From the NCBI RefSeq assembly GCF_006345805.1, contig NC_043009.1, positions 69,936,001-70,000,000 of the forward strand: a DNA stretch of 64,000 bases, in the 5' to 3' direction. Positions 37,320 to 51,023 of this stretch are shown piece after piece. A model generated the notes under the pieces. It did no database searches, was not told the DNA's origin, and saw nothing but the letters and a program-made list of their open reading frames with translations. Made by a program: the position numbers and the translations under genes. This stretch comes from Octopus sinensis. Taxonomy: Eukaryota. Every line of letters begins with the position of its first letter. Within the stretch, counting starts at the first letter, position 1.

Positions 37320-37704
37320 GTGAGTTTACGGGCAAATGAATACATGCGGCCTCATTTATCACTGATTTATTCTTCACTGATCCAGGACAACGTTTTATGC
37401 TCAACCGTGAAACTTGTTACGCACATCACGGATTGTTGCGCGATAACACAAGTCGTTTAGCAGTCAAAGATTCTTCTTGTACCGCAACCAGGCTCCCCAG
37501 AAGCTTCCCATAATACCGAACTCCCAATATGATTTGGTTATCGCTTATGTTCACGTAACATGGCACCAGTGAAGAGAAAACATAGGAAGGATCCTGATAC
37601 TGAAAAGCGACGCAGACAAATGTGTTATCTACGGTGATAAGTAGGGAAGATAAGGAGAATACGTGATAATGAGAGCTTTGTTGTTATGGGCCGTGAATTT
37701 GGTG

Positions 37705-38460
37705 TCAATGAAGCATTCGTTGTATTTCTAATGTATTTCCAACGTTCACACACCTTTCAACAAACTTGCTACAAGGCAACACTTCCCTCTCCACCCTCAA
37801 CATCCTGTTCAAGTGAAACTTGAAAAAGTTGATGAGGGCTTGGCCAAAGAGGAAAGTGCCTATTTAGCCCTTTTCAAATGGGTCCATCATAATGTCTCTT
37901 TCGCTACAGCCATTGGATAAATGAAAATTGCCTGCCTCTCCCGGTCAAAGGAGAACCGCGGGGCAATTTTCACAATGGATTCAGCTGATAGCCGGATCCG
38001 TCCTACAGGTCAGCAATACTCGGGCTCTGGACTAGGGTGTGCAGAACAGTTTCATCGTTCTGTGCGCACCTCGGACAGGCCCAGTTGACGGCACTTCCTT
38101 GCCTGTAAAGTTTATCCGCAACTAGCCGCGCCCCTCGGTAACACTGCCAGGCTAGGATTTCTGGAAGTTATCCGTAGGCCCAGGCCCGAAAGTTCTGCGA
38201 AATAGACCGGTTAGTTGATCTCCATCGACGCCCAGAGCTTCCTAGAGAGCGTCGTCGCACTTTCCCTCCACTAGCCCTCTATAGAACGCTAGTGTGGAAC
38301 TACCACCGACCGCATTGTCTACCAGGCGGAGGGCTGTGAGCGCTTGACGGCACTCGAGGTGACAAGTGCCCTTCCTCGGTCTACGTCTAATTTAGGAGTG
38401 CAGCTCAGTCTAAGAGACGAGCGTTGTTGGGTACAGTTCGCATTCTAAAGAGAGTATTGT
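37705..38460 (-). pseudogene. Tx1/L1-clade LINE ORF2 C-terminus (zf-RVT Cys-rich region)
   Basis: TFGPGPTDNFQKS/LAWQCYRGARLVADKLYRQG..ACPRCAQNDETVLHTLVQ-P..LINFFKFHLNRMLRVEREV; explains the local GC richness. Confidence 0.88.
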
Positions 38461-38892
38461 CTCTTTGAGTCACAAGAGACGGCACTACTTGAAAGCTTTG
38501 GTGATTTGTTATTGTTTGCTTTCAAGTAAAGAATAACCAGTAATTAAAACCTATCCAAGAGTCTTTCAGAATAACAATAACAATAATGATGATGATGATG
38601 ATGATGACAATAATAATAATAATAATAATAAAAATCTAGACAAATAAGTATAAGTCGAATGTTGAATAGAGCAACGACAGAGGTTAGTCTACCTATTGCC
38701 ATCGATGTGCCCAGGTCGAAACATATGATGTACCCGATGAAGATTTAATACTGAATCAATCTCCTGTTAATTGATATTCTATATCTATATATGTTTATAT
38801 ATATATATATCAAACTAATACACCTGCTTGTTGTTTATACACCTGTCTTCGTCTTGTGTTTTTCTGTAAATTTCAACTATATACATACACCC

Positions 38893-38995
<103 letters not shown>

Positions 38996-39434
38996 ATTTA
39001 TATATATATATATATGTGTGTATATGCATGCATACATATTAGTTTGTATATTAGTATATACAAATATTAATATATATATGTCAGTTTCGGCTAGTTAAGC
39101 CAGTCAGACGATGGTTTAATACACACACACACACACACATAATATATACATACCTTCAATCCTCACAAACACACTCACACAATCACGACCGCAAATTATA
39201 AGGTCGTGCTGCAGCATGGGCATTTCGTGTTCGAAATTGACAGAAGCCATCGACATTTAAATAATCAAAGAATTAGAAAAACTAAGAACGTTGACAACAT
39301 TTATTTGTTGTTGAGAAGATGAGATATGTTTTGAAAGGGTATCAAAATGTTGTTATTCGGCGAATATAGAAACCGGATTAGCAACATTTACATATTCCAT
39401 TTTGTTTTTGCTTTTTTCTTTAGTGTGTGGATGA

Positions 39435-39467
<33 letters not shown>

Positions 39468-39763
39468 AATTTGTGTATTTCCTTCATGAATCAAAATTTA
39501 TTCAAATAACGAAGTTCTGCTAAAACTCTATGATGCGATGGATGACGTGAAAAGTTACGTGTTTGTCATTCAGGCGAATAAACGTGTCCTCTTGCATATA
39601 ACTCGAGGCAAACTGATGAAAAGCCACCGCAACAGCTTCGCCAGCGAGCCAGCTTCTTCTTTCATTAATCATATCAACTTGAAAAGACTTGCCCTGTTCT
39701 CAAAAGATTTCTTCTTTAATATCGCTTTCTCTTTCAGAGATGCACGTACACACACACACACAA

Positions 39764-39803
<40 letters not shown>

Positions 39804-40329
39804 CACACACACACACACACAAAACTCAAATATTCAATCATACACACACATACACACTTATAAATAAAAAGAAAAAAACATTCTTTCACTCACACAATAT
39901 AAATGCACGCCTTTGCAAAGACAAACTCAGCAACAACGCGCACGCAAACATTCACACCTACACACTGACCACATCACATTCAGCACACACCCATACTTAC
40001 AAAACAAACTGCAGCACACACACACACATACACACACACACACACACACAAGAATGCTGACATACGACCACAGACACAGTAGCCTACACACAAACGCACA
40101 CACACGTACACACACACGCACATACGCATACTTACCCGATGCAAATACAAGCATGGATAATGCAAAAAGAAGCACACATGAAATGACATTCTCAAGTCGC
40201 AGGGCAAACACACACACACAGAAAGACACACACACGAACACACACACACCTACCTCACGACTATACACTAAACATACACAGACATTCACACACACAACAA
40301 TGAAGAGGTCATTACTTCTATAACGAAGA

Positions 40330-40700
40330 CTGTGCAGTGCGCATGTCTTACAGAAGGGACCATACCCAGAGGTGCATTCTGCTAGAAATAGAAGCTGCAT
40401 GCTATCGAATCACACCCTGAAGTATTAAAAATAGGGTATTATGAACCAATGAGAATTTAAATGTAACAAACGAGACACCGGTTACGGCTGGAGAGCCTTC
40501 AAGTGTGGCTTTACTCAGAAGTAGACCTGCAACTTCCCACACATACGCACGCGTGTGCGCATGCGCCAGTGCACTTGCACGCTCTCCTGGTCTTCCGGCC
40601 GATCGCCCTATACTCTCTTTCTCTCTACACACAAATATAGCTCTGTGGTTAGGAAGTGATTTGCAGCCATGTTGTTTGTGTTTCGCTCCAACTGCACGGC
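40330..40700. promoter_or_regulatory. Promoter-like motif cluster (NRF1, ETS, CCAAT, ZNF143-like)
   Basis: TGCGCATGCGC 40556-40566; CTTCCGG 40592-40598; AGGAAGTG 40651-40658; CCAAT 40446; CTGCAACTTCCCA about 40527; CpG-rich non-repeat sequence. Confidence 0.4.
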
Positions 40701-40831
40701 ACCTCAGAAAAAATGTCCACTGTTCAGATTGACTGACATCTTGTAGGAAGAATTTGGTGAAAGTCAACGCAAAGTACAGAAACCTGCCCTCTCTTTGTGC
40801 ACCTTTAATATCCATATATCAAAACGCCTCG

Positions 40832-41060
40832 AAGGCGGCGAGCTGGCAGACACGTTAGCGCGCCGGGCGAAATGCTTAGCGGTATTTCGTCTGTCGTTAC
40901 GTTCTGAGTTCAAATTCCGCCGAGGTCGACTTTGCCTTTCATCCTTTCGGGGTCGATAAATAAAGTACCAGTTTCGCACTGGAGTCGATGTAATCGACTT
41001 AATCCTTTTGTCTGTCCTTGTTTGTCCCCTCTATGTTTAGCCCATTGTGGGCAATAAATA
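40832..41060 (+). mobile_element. SINE family A, young copy (first monomer plus linker)
   Basis: Near-consensus head and B box. Confidence 0.93.
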
Positions 41061-41518
41061 CATATATTAAAACACCTCTCTCTCTCTCTCTCTCTCTCGT
41101 GCGCACGTGTGTGCGTGCGTATGTGTGGTGTGTGTGTATGTGTGTGTGTGTATATTTGTATCAATACACTCCTTCCGGTTCCTCCTCTGACTCGTTTCGT
41201 AAAGTATCACTGAAGCCGTCTAGAAAGTAAATCATTACAATTATTTTGACAATTATTGTTTTTTTGTCGTTATGAAACGATTCTCATCATTTTTATTGCA
41301 TTTCAGACATAATATACGGCACGTTGTATGTCCATATATGGCTAAACTTATTACTATTTAGTAAAAAAAAAAAATACACAAAAAAAAAGATGCAAAAAGG
41401 AAGTATATTCTGCATAATTTACCGAGCAAGAATTAATCAGCTGCATTCGTTTTGATAAAATGCGTAATGAGAAATTGCTTCACTTTGATGCATTGTGAAA
41501 GTGTTTTCGTAATCACAG

Positions 41519-41593
41519 AATATTGGAGGTTGAGTGCGGAATGTAATGAAAGACTGAGACGACAGCAAAGAAGGAATTACGTAAGAAACATTG
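41519..41593 (+). CDS. Candidate 75-nt exon (phase 1-1): YWRLSAECNERLRRQQRRNYVRNI
   Basis: Acceptor ttttcgtaatcacag, donor TTG|gtaagt, open frame. Confidence 0.25.
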
Positions 41594-41909
41594 GTAAGTT
41601 ACAGGACAAAACTCGAACAGAGAAGTGAAATATATATTGCATCTTTAAGACTGAATGCCGAGATATTTGTGCATGTACTCACACACACACACACACACAC
41701 CACATACACACACACACACACACACACATACCACATATACACACACTTATAATGAATGGCTTACTTGAGATAAATTTATCGTAGCATTCTCTGCATGCGT
41801 ATGTATGTGGGTAAACGTTTATGCCCACATACACACGTACATATACACACACATATACACATATTGATTTTGTTTTCTTTTGCAGATATTTATATTCGAA
41901 TAAATTAAA

Positions 41910-42470
41910 ATGCGTGACCTATAATATAATTTTCAAAGGGGGAAAATTATTGGGGCGCTGTTCATTGGAGTTCCACTCACTAAAACTGCTGAATTGCTCA
42001 ATGTTTCGAAAAACCCAGGTTTTAAAATCGTGTTGGTATCCCCAAACGAACGTGAAAGCAGCCCCAGGCGGCACCATTGGGAGCAAACGGCAATGTTCAC
42101 AGAGAGGTGCCGCTATGGAGCAATCCATTTTCTCTCATGAGTCCTCACTCACCTTTTTTCCAAGTCCAGGAAGAGTTTATGATGGGGAAAATACAAAGAA
42201 GCGCTGCTCCCTAACTTGAACATGGCGGTGACTGTAGTGATTTGGACAGCCATATTTTGACACTAGAGATTCTTTATGGCAGATTTAGCGTTCAGGACTA
42301 TTTATGGCCCTTTTTTTTTTCTTGATAGCATCGCATTCTTCCATCATCCCATCCAAATCTTGATTAAGATAGCTTATGTACCAGATACATCCGGACAGGG
42401 CTATTCTTTACTCTATCATCCCAATTAAACCTTGAATATTTGCCTAAGATATCTCATACAAAAGGTCTGC
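41910..42470 (+). pseudogene. Tc1-family transposase remnant
   Basis: MRDL*YNFQRGKIIGALFIGVPLTKTAELLNVSK (paired-like HTH) and IFSHESSLTFFPSPGRVY (first D of DDE region); deletions and stops. Confidence 0.82.
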
Positions 42471-42582
42471 TGTTGACAGATATGCATACTATGAGGTCTA
42501 TTTCTGATATTAATGAGACCTCATGGGCGATCCAAAATCGATGATAAAGATTCCAACAAGATTGACCTTTGAATGTGTGTTC

Positions 42583-42639
<57 letters not shown>

Positions 42640-43233
42640 TGTGTGTGTGTGTGTGTCTGTGTGTGTGTGTTTAGCTCGTGTAAGTTTGTATATTTCAAGG
42701 CGGCATGACTGGAATGGTCGATGCAGGTAGAAGGTAAAATATTCTTTAATTGCTAAGACGACGAATAGTGAAAATGATGAACTCTAATAGATACAAATTT
42801 AATCCATATCATTCATAACATACGCGCGCGCAGAGAAACACACCTACCCCCATCCACACGCACACATACAGGTACACACAGCTACACACACGTACACACA
42901 CGTTTCTTCGGAGGAGGTTAATTGGTAGAGATGGTAGATTTTCGGGTGGATGGAATAGAATTAATCGATGGTGGAGTGGCGGAACCCACAGAATGTCAGA
43001 TCTGATACCTCACGGTATTTGTTACCGCTATTCCTGTTCCGTGTTCGAATTCTATATTGGCCGGCTTCGGTGATAGATATAACATGTCGCCTGACCTCAG
43101 ACCGCCACTTGGTATCATTGGTGCCTCCTGCAAAGAACACTGCAAGCTTTCTGGCCTGGTTTATGGTTTCAAAACTCTTTCTTTCTTTTCCAAGAGATCC
43201 ACAAACTCTCTATCAAGCTTTCCTGAATAAGAG

Positions 43234-43281
<48 letters not shown>

Positions 43282-43485
43282 ACACGTGTGTACGTATGGG
43301 AGCAATGAATGACGTCACCGAATCGATGGACGTCTGTGTTTCTACGTCTTTATGATTCTACTTCCAGCCGTCCACAAAGGACTGACTATTCTTATATACA
43401 AACAGCAAATGGTACATTTGTTCTGACGAGCAGACCGCGCTCAATTAATTAAGAGGCACATGAAGCAGCGTTTATTGATATAATG

Positions 43486-43587
<102 letters not shown>

Positions 43588-44124
43588 ACGTATGTATGCA
43601 TTTATATGCGTATTGAGTTGTATGTATGGAGAGTAGGCAAAAGAAAGAGAAGGAGAGAGAGAGAGAAGTGAGAACTATATTCGAATATGAAGCAGAGAAT
43701 ATTAAACTATGATTAAAAGTAGCCACCGATATTTGATAGACGAGAATTATAATATATTAAACATAGAAAATATGGCCGAGCAGTTAACGTGTTTTAGCGG
43801 AATATAAAATATCTTGAAATTTCCCCTGAGGATATTTTACAAGTTTTGTCGGATTTCTTTTGCGGACTCCACTTCTTTAGATACTACAATGCGCAATAGA
43901 GATGAAGGCAGTCTTGGTTTAATTCATATCAGATGAATGTGTTATGTTCTTTAAAGTTCAATCACAACAACTGTAAAATATTTAATACACAATGAAATGC
44001 TTTATTTTGAAAGTTTCATGTAGAGTTAATCTTTGTTGTATACTACACACACACAATTTTGTGTGTATGTGTACGGGCGTGTATGCATATCTGTATGTAT
44101 ATCTTTGAATACGTATGTGCATAT

Positions 44125-44170
<46 letters not shown>

Positions 44171-44246
44171 CGCACATACAGAGTCACAAAAGGAATGAAT
44201 GAATATAAGATATATAGATAAATCTATGGATAAATAAATAGCTAGG

Positions 44247-44330
<84 letters not shown>

Positions 44331-44647
44331 CAGACAGATAGATAGATAGATAAATTTGTTGCAAGTATATTTTTCAATCACTTTCGACCTTACTGAATTA
44401 TATTGTTGTGTCGTTTTAATTGTTGTTGTTATTCAGATTCTGGTTTCATCTTTTTCCACTTCTGATCACTCAACTCTACTCTACGATATATGTGCACTTG
44501 TGTGTGTGTGTGTGAGTGTCAGTGTGCGTGCGTGTATTTGCGTGCATGCGTGTATGCCACTCACAGACATGTGCCAGCGTCCGGCATGAGGTGTGCTGCC
44601 CTCTCTCTGCCTTTCTACCGCTTACATTCTTACATTCTCCTTCTTAC

Positions 44648-44673
44648 CTGCTTAATGCACTTCCCTCTGCCAT
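44648..44673 (-). CDS. Candidate start exon MAEGSALS (phase 2 donor)
   Basis: caaATGGCAGAGGGAAGTGCATTAAGCAG|gtaaga; phase compatible with the 4549-4653 exon. Confidence 0.2.
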
Positions 44674-44774
44674 TTGCAATATCGCAAAGCATTTGGTCCG
44701 ACGTCGGACGTTTATCCACCCCACCCCACCATTAGATTATAAAACGTATAGAAAATAAATGAAATTAAGAATAT

Positions 44775-44950
44775 TGATTTCAAATTTTGGCAGAAGACCT
44801 CTATTACGTCGTCCCCCAGGGACCGGCTGGTACTTATTTTATCGTCCTCAAAAGGATGAAAAGCAATGGCGATCTCAGCGGAATTTGAACTCAAAAACTG
44901 AAGAGTATTTCGGCTGGCTTGCTAACGATTCTGCTAGATCGCCACCTTAG
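44775..44950 (-). mobile_element. SINE family A, diverged
   Basis: Body match. Confidence 0.82.
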
Positions 44951-45909
44951 GAATATTAAAATGGTGAAACCTAAATCAGGCTAACACGCAATTAAAAAGC
45001 ATCGTGCTAATATAATAGATGGCAATCACATGAGTAGATAAAATATTACAGGACGTGGTGAGCACGCAATAAACAGTTAATCGCCAACAGAATCAAATAG
45101 AATCTGTATGACAGGATCTCAGGTTTGTTTCTTCATTTCTTTTTTCTAACAATATTTTTTTCCGTTCTGTTTAATTCGGAATTCAAGATTTTATTTCTTC
45201 CAATTGTTGAGCGTTCAGTGTATCATTTTCAGCTATTTATGCCCACATATTTTATAGTTTCTTTATGAAATTATGATGAATAACTGTCATAACATTTTTC
45301 TTTTAAAATTAAAAAAGAAAAAAAAAATCAAGAAAAAAGAAGCTAACTGTGCGTAGGAGGGGAATATTAATAATAAGAAATAAATTAACGACTAGAATTA
45401 AAGATATTTATCAAAGCAAGTAAAAATTCTCAATATTGCATTAGTGAATTAGTGTAGTGAAAAGATAGTTTTAGATGGGATTATTCCATTGAAAATCTCT
45501 CACATTTGCTCTGACCAGGAGCAGAATATCTTTTAAAACTGCAGCAACAACTGCGCATCCGAGATTGATTTATGTTTCCGAAACACTAACCAAAACACAA
45601 AAAAGGAAAAACAAAAAGAAAAGAAAACAAAACACAAATGGCGTTAGATTTAATAAAATCTTCCACAATTTACTTGTTACCTTTCCTTCGAGATAAAACA
45701 TGATTTTCTGTTTATATTCTATATTTAGTTTTTACTCATTTTCATTTGATTTTTGCGTGAGGAAGCTTTTGAGGGGAGGTGGCCATTAAATTCCTTTTAA
45801 TTGTTTTCTATTCATAAGTTTATTATTTGTATTATATGTGTGTGTGTACATACATACATACATACATATATACATACATGCATACATGCATATATACATA
45901 CATACATGC

Positions 45910-45940
<31 letters not shown>

Positions 45941-45991
45941 CATACATACATACATGCATGCATACCTACATACATACATACATACATACAT

Positions 45992-46040
<49 letters not shown>

Positions 46041-46479
46041 CATATTATTTTTGAATTCTCTCGAAAAACTAATAAACAACAAAAAAATCCTGCTGCCAAA
46101 AACTGTTAATGAAGCATGAAATATTTTTGGTGTCGACATTTCGTGACAATTAGTGGAAATTTTAAAATCGGTCCGGAAACAAAAGTGGTAAAGAGAAAAA
46201 AAGACAAAAAAAAAACAGAATAAACAAGAACAAAAGACACACACACACACAATGGCAGGAGATTTCTTAATTCGATAGAATTACTTGTGTTCGTTAACGG
46301 AATTGTAACAGCAACGAAGATATCGATTATTGATTGCAACAATTTTTATCTCTTCTTCGTTCAGCCAAGATAAGCTGATGCAAGCCATAATATATTCTAT
46401 CATTAGACAAGCGGACAATGTTTCGCCAGTGGGCGAAATACTACATTACTACTACTACTACTACTACTACTACTAAAGC

Positions 46480-47300
46480 TGTAAAAACGCCGAACAAAAT
46501 GCTTGGCGGCTATTCGTCCTGCGTTTCTTTTGGGACTGGGGTTGCTGAAATCACTTAGCCCCCCCCCCGCTATCTTCAAAGTTTTAGGCCTTTGCCTATA
46601 GTGGAAAGAATTATTATTATTATTATTATTATTATTGTTATTAAGGTAGTGAGCTGGAAGATTCGTTAGCAGGCCGGGCAAAATGCTTAGTATTCTCAGT
46701 TTAAATTCCACCGAGGTCGACTTTACCTTTCATCGATAAATCAAATACCAGTGAAACACCGGGGTCCATGTAATCGACTAGTCCCCTTCCCCCAAATTTT
46801 GGGTCTTGTGCCTATAGTAGAAAGGATTCTTCTTCTTCTTCTGATTATTATTATTATCATCATTATTAAGGCGGAGAGCTGGCAGATTCGTTAGCACGAC
46901 GAGCAAAATGCATCGCAGCATTTCGTCCACCTTAACGTTCCGAGTTCAAATTCCGCCGAGTTTGGCTTTGCTTTTCATCATTTTGGGGTCGATGAAACAA
47001 GTACCAGTAAAACACTGGGGTCGATATAATCAACTAGCTCCCTTCCCTAAAAATTTGCAAGAATTGTGCTTAGAGAAGAACTAATAATAATAATAATAAT
47101 AATAATAATTATTATTATTATTATTACAATTATTACAGCGATGAGCTAGGAGAATAGTAGACTCACCGGACAAAATGCTTCCGGATTCAAATTCTGAGTT
47201 CAAATACATCGTTGGTCGAATTTGCCTTTCATCTTTTCGGGGTCGATAAATTAAGTACCAGCTTAGCGCTGGGGGGGGGGGTCGACGTAATCGACATACT
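46480..47300 (+). mobile_element. Stack of four head-to-tail SINE A copies separated by (ATT)/(AAT) tails
   Basis: Heads near 46480, 46645, 46868 and 47137. Confidence 0.85.
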
Positions 47301-48448
47301 ATACCTTAAAATAGCTCGCTTGATGATAAAAATGGAAACTACTATTTTACTTTTCTGTGAACAGCAATAAGATTGTGAACACCACTACCTCACATACACA
47401 TATATGTGTATATATATAAACCCACACACACATATATATTTATATATACAGTCTGTTTATGCATATATACAGGATGAAAAGCATATATATCTTCTTTAAT
47501 ATAAGTTGCCAGTGCTTACACTCTATTTACATTAAGGTCATCAATCCAATTGTTCCTCTTCGCAAACAGTAGTAGGTTTCTTCAACCGAATACACGTCGT
47601 TGATTGGTTGAAATTACCCAAATACGACAACTTTAACTCGAAATAACTTCTTGAATAAGAAATTATGTCAAAAACGTTCAGAGTAAACCGTGTTCTACTT
47701 GATAAATTCTACCAGTATTTGAAGTTGCACATTCTTTAGTTACAAAATTTATTTAAAAATCAGTGATTGAGATGGAATAGATCCCTCTGTTCTTATAAGA
47801 GAATGTGTTGGAAAAAGATATACACTCACATACATACGTACATACATACATACCATCGGGTGAGAAGTTTTAAAATGTGTATTTATGTATAGAAGCAGGA
47901 GTTAAGTACTATTTCACCTTTTTCCTACCACGACACACGCAGACAGAATATGAGAGAAAGAGAGAGAAAAGAGAGGGAGGTAGTTTGTTAACAAGTGAAG
48001 AAAAAAAACGGTTTGTGTTGGGGTGGAATCAAAATGAGAAAGCCAAAAACAATAAATTCTTTTTGTTATCACAGGGCAACAACACTTAATCACGTGTAAC
48101 GCTTTATTATAGAAAATGGCAAAAATTTGTTAAAGCTTTTTGTCTCTTTTTCTTCTTCATTTTATTATTATTTTTATTTTGTCTGTTTTTCTTTGCATTG
48201 GAAAGAAGCAGAAATAAAACGGTCGAAAAAAGTAATAACATCAATTTTCATTATCAAACTTATCAGACCGTTTTCACTCTCCATTCCAATAAGTTACCCG
48301 ACATAGTTCTATATTGAGTACATCGATACCGAAATGAGAGGTCAGAACAACACAATCAAGCGTGCACATACACACACGCAAAACACATACACACACACAA
48401 CAAAGACACACCAACACAACACACACACACACACACACACACACACCA

Positions 48449-48479
<31 letters not shown>

Positions 48480-48679
48480 CGCTCATTCGAATAGAAATGT
48501 TTCGAATAAAATGAACCACAGGCCTGCGAAAATGTATCCATGTATAATATATATATATATATATATATATCTATATATATATATATATATATATATAATA
48601 GTATATATATATGTTATTTAAATATATATTTATATATATAAAAAAACCAATATTATATTATATTCCAATAGTTCTATAC

Positions 48680-48731
<52 letters not shown>

Positions 48732-48865
48732 CATATATATATATACATATATATCAACATATATAAATATATACATATGTATATATATACATACATACTA
48801 TACCATACATATATATACATACATATGCATACATACATGTATATCTATCTATCTATCTATCTATC

Positions 48866-48904
<39 letters not shown>

Positions 48905-49161
48905 TGTATGTGCACACATATGCAGATAGGCTTGTGTGTGTGTGTGTGTGAGTGTCCGTGTAACTCTGTGTGTGTGACGTGGGAGTAAGTGAGAGAGGAG
49001 GTGGCTATGATTGAAATTTACGTAACTAAATACTGAATATATTCACGCTGTTTCATAGTTACAACTATTACCTCGGCTTCCTTTTCCGTTTCTTAGATTC
49101 CTTTTCACCGTCCGCAATGTCTCTCGTCCCTCTCTCCTCACTTTCTTTTGTTTTGTGTCTC

Positions 49162-49209
<48 letters not shown>

Positions 49210-49301
49210 CGGGAAGGTTACGAAAATAAACAAAAGACGAAGGCAGGTGGAGTCCAAAACACAAATGTATTAGTATGGCGCTCAGGAATAGAATAGAGCA
49301 G

Positions 49302-49339
49302 TCTTTTACGTTTCGAGCCTACGCTCTTCGACAGAAAGA
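49302..49339 (-). ncRNA. Family P1 HHR-like motif copy 3, best folded (CUGUCGA core)
   Basis: UCUUU CUGUCGA A GAGC-GUAG-GCUC GAAA CG U A| AAAGA; 5-bp helix I, palindromic ACGU helix III. Confidence 0.6.
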
Positions 49340-49384
49340 TACACAGAAAAAAACAAGGAGAAGAAAATGCGTGGGAGCTAACGA

Positions 49385-49678
49385 TCTATATATATATATA
49401 TACCTCTCTCTCTCTCAATATATATATATACCTATATATTACCTCTCTCTCTCAATATATTATATACCTATATATATACCTCTCTCTCTCTATATATATA
49501 TATACCTATATATATATATATACCTCTCTCTCAATATATATATATATATACCTATATATATATATACCTCTCTCTTTATTATATATATATACCCATACAT
49601 ATATATACCTCTCTCTCTATATATATATATATATACCTATATATATACCTCTCTCTCTCTATATTATATATATATACC

Positions 49679-49709
<31 letters not shown>

Positions 49710-49765
49710 CTCTCTCTCTCTCTCTCTCTATTATATATATATATATACCTATATATACCTATATA
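49385..49765. repeat. Compound minisatellite of (TA)n-CC-(TC)n units
   Basis: Recurring tatatatacctatatatatacctctctctctc blocks. Confidence 0.9.
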
Positions 49766-49805
49766 GGTATAATATATAATATATATATAATTATATATAT
49801 ATATA

Positions 49806-50170
49806 TACGGGTACTAAAAATAACCGGAGTTTTGCAACATTTTTTTACTCCCTTAGCTTTACATGTTGGCACTTTTATCGCCTTCAAATTATTCGCCATT
49901 TGCAGCACTGTATCGGCCCAGACGCGGTTTCCGCTGTTCGAACCCGTCCTGGAACTTTTGTGAAGTGATGCCGTTTAACGCCTCCCTCGTTTTTACCTTC
50001 ACCTCTTCCACATCTGCAAAATGTTTTCATTTAAAGACTTTTTTCATTCAGAGTAACAAAAAGAAGTTGCAGGGGGCAAAATCGGGGGAATAGGGGGAGA
50101 GTGGGTAAGCGTGGTCATACTAACTTTCGCAAAAGCTGTCTCACACTCAAGGTAGTGTTCGCAGGCGTAT
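49806..50170 (-). pseudogene. Mariner transposase 3' remnant with terminal repeat
   Basis: [52 protein letters not shown] (YSPDLAP motif); TA-cggg terminus. Confidence 0.88.
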
Positions 50171-50214
50171 CGTCGTAATGAAACTATATCTATGTATGTA
50201 TGTATCTGTATGTC

Positions 50215-50412
50215 TGTGTTTGACCCTCCTACCACCACCATTACTTGACAACCGATGTTGGAGTGTTTACGTCCTCGTAATTTAGCAGTTCGGCAAAACA
50301 GGCCGATAGAGTAAGTACTGGGCTTACAAAGAATAAGTTCTCGGATCGATTTGTTCGACTAAAGGCGGTGCTTCAGCATGGCCACAATCAAATGACCGAA
50401 ACAAATAAAAGA
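50215..50412 (+). mobile_element. SINE family B 3' half
   Basis: Body match. Confidence 0.85.
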
Positions 50413-50991
50413 ATATATGTATATTCTCAACTAGCTTCCCTTTAAAGCTTTGATTAAATTAAATCCATGTTTAACTGATGGGATTTCAGTTTTAGCGTCG
50501 CTGGCGATCACAGTTTTTTCCTTTGGTAAGGGAGTCGTCAGCAAATTCACTCCAAATTACCCAAAGAAGACTTGCTTTGTTGCCTTCTTATCCATTTTAA
50601 ACAATATCGAGAGAACCTGTTAGGGGTAGAATACAGTAAAGAGAGGGGATGGGAGAAGGAGAGCTGAATTGAGGGGGGGGGGGGAAAACGAATTTTCGCT
50701 CTTCTTTAATTCTATAAATAGATCACACAAAAGTAAAATTACGAGAGAAGTAAGGAACAATCTAGATTTCCCCACTCGTATACGTACTTCATATACAATT
50801 GATCAAATGGAGAAGGTTAAAAACAATATTTAGTCTCCCATAATAAGAATAAGATTATCTTTTTCGAGAAAATTGCCTGAATAAATTTATGAAAGGAAGG
50901 TAATCCCGTATCCATTTCTTTCTTTTCCAGTCTGTTCGACTCTCATACGGAAGGAACTTAAAATTTACTCTGCCTCTTTACATATGTATAT

Positions 50992-51023
<32 letters not shown>

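Noticed and set aside
38139-38272. Twister-ribozyme-like words TAACACTGCC (+) and AGTGGAGGG (-) in a GC-rich, hairpin-rich island
   Set aside because: They lie on opposite strands, no complete P2/P4/pseudoknot set forms, and the region translates as Tx1/L1 ORF2 (AWQCYRG..CPRC), which explains it
39083-39110. HHR-like remnant GGCU-UAACU-AGCC GAAAC (minus strand); similar half motifs at about 10030 and 29460
   Set aside because: Core is incomplete (CUGACU) and helix I cannot form; at most decayed relics
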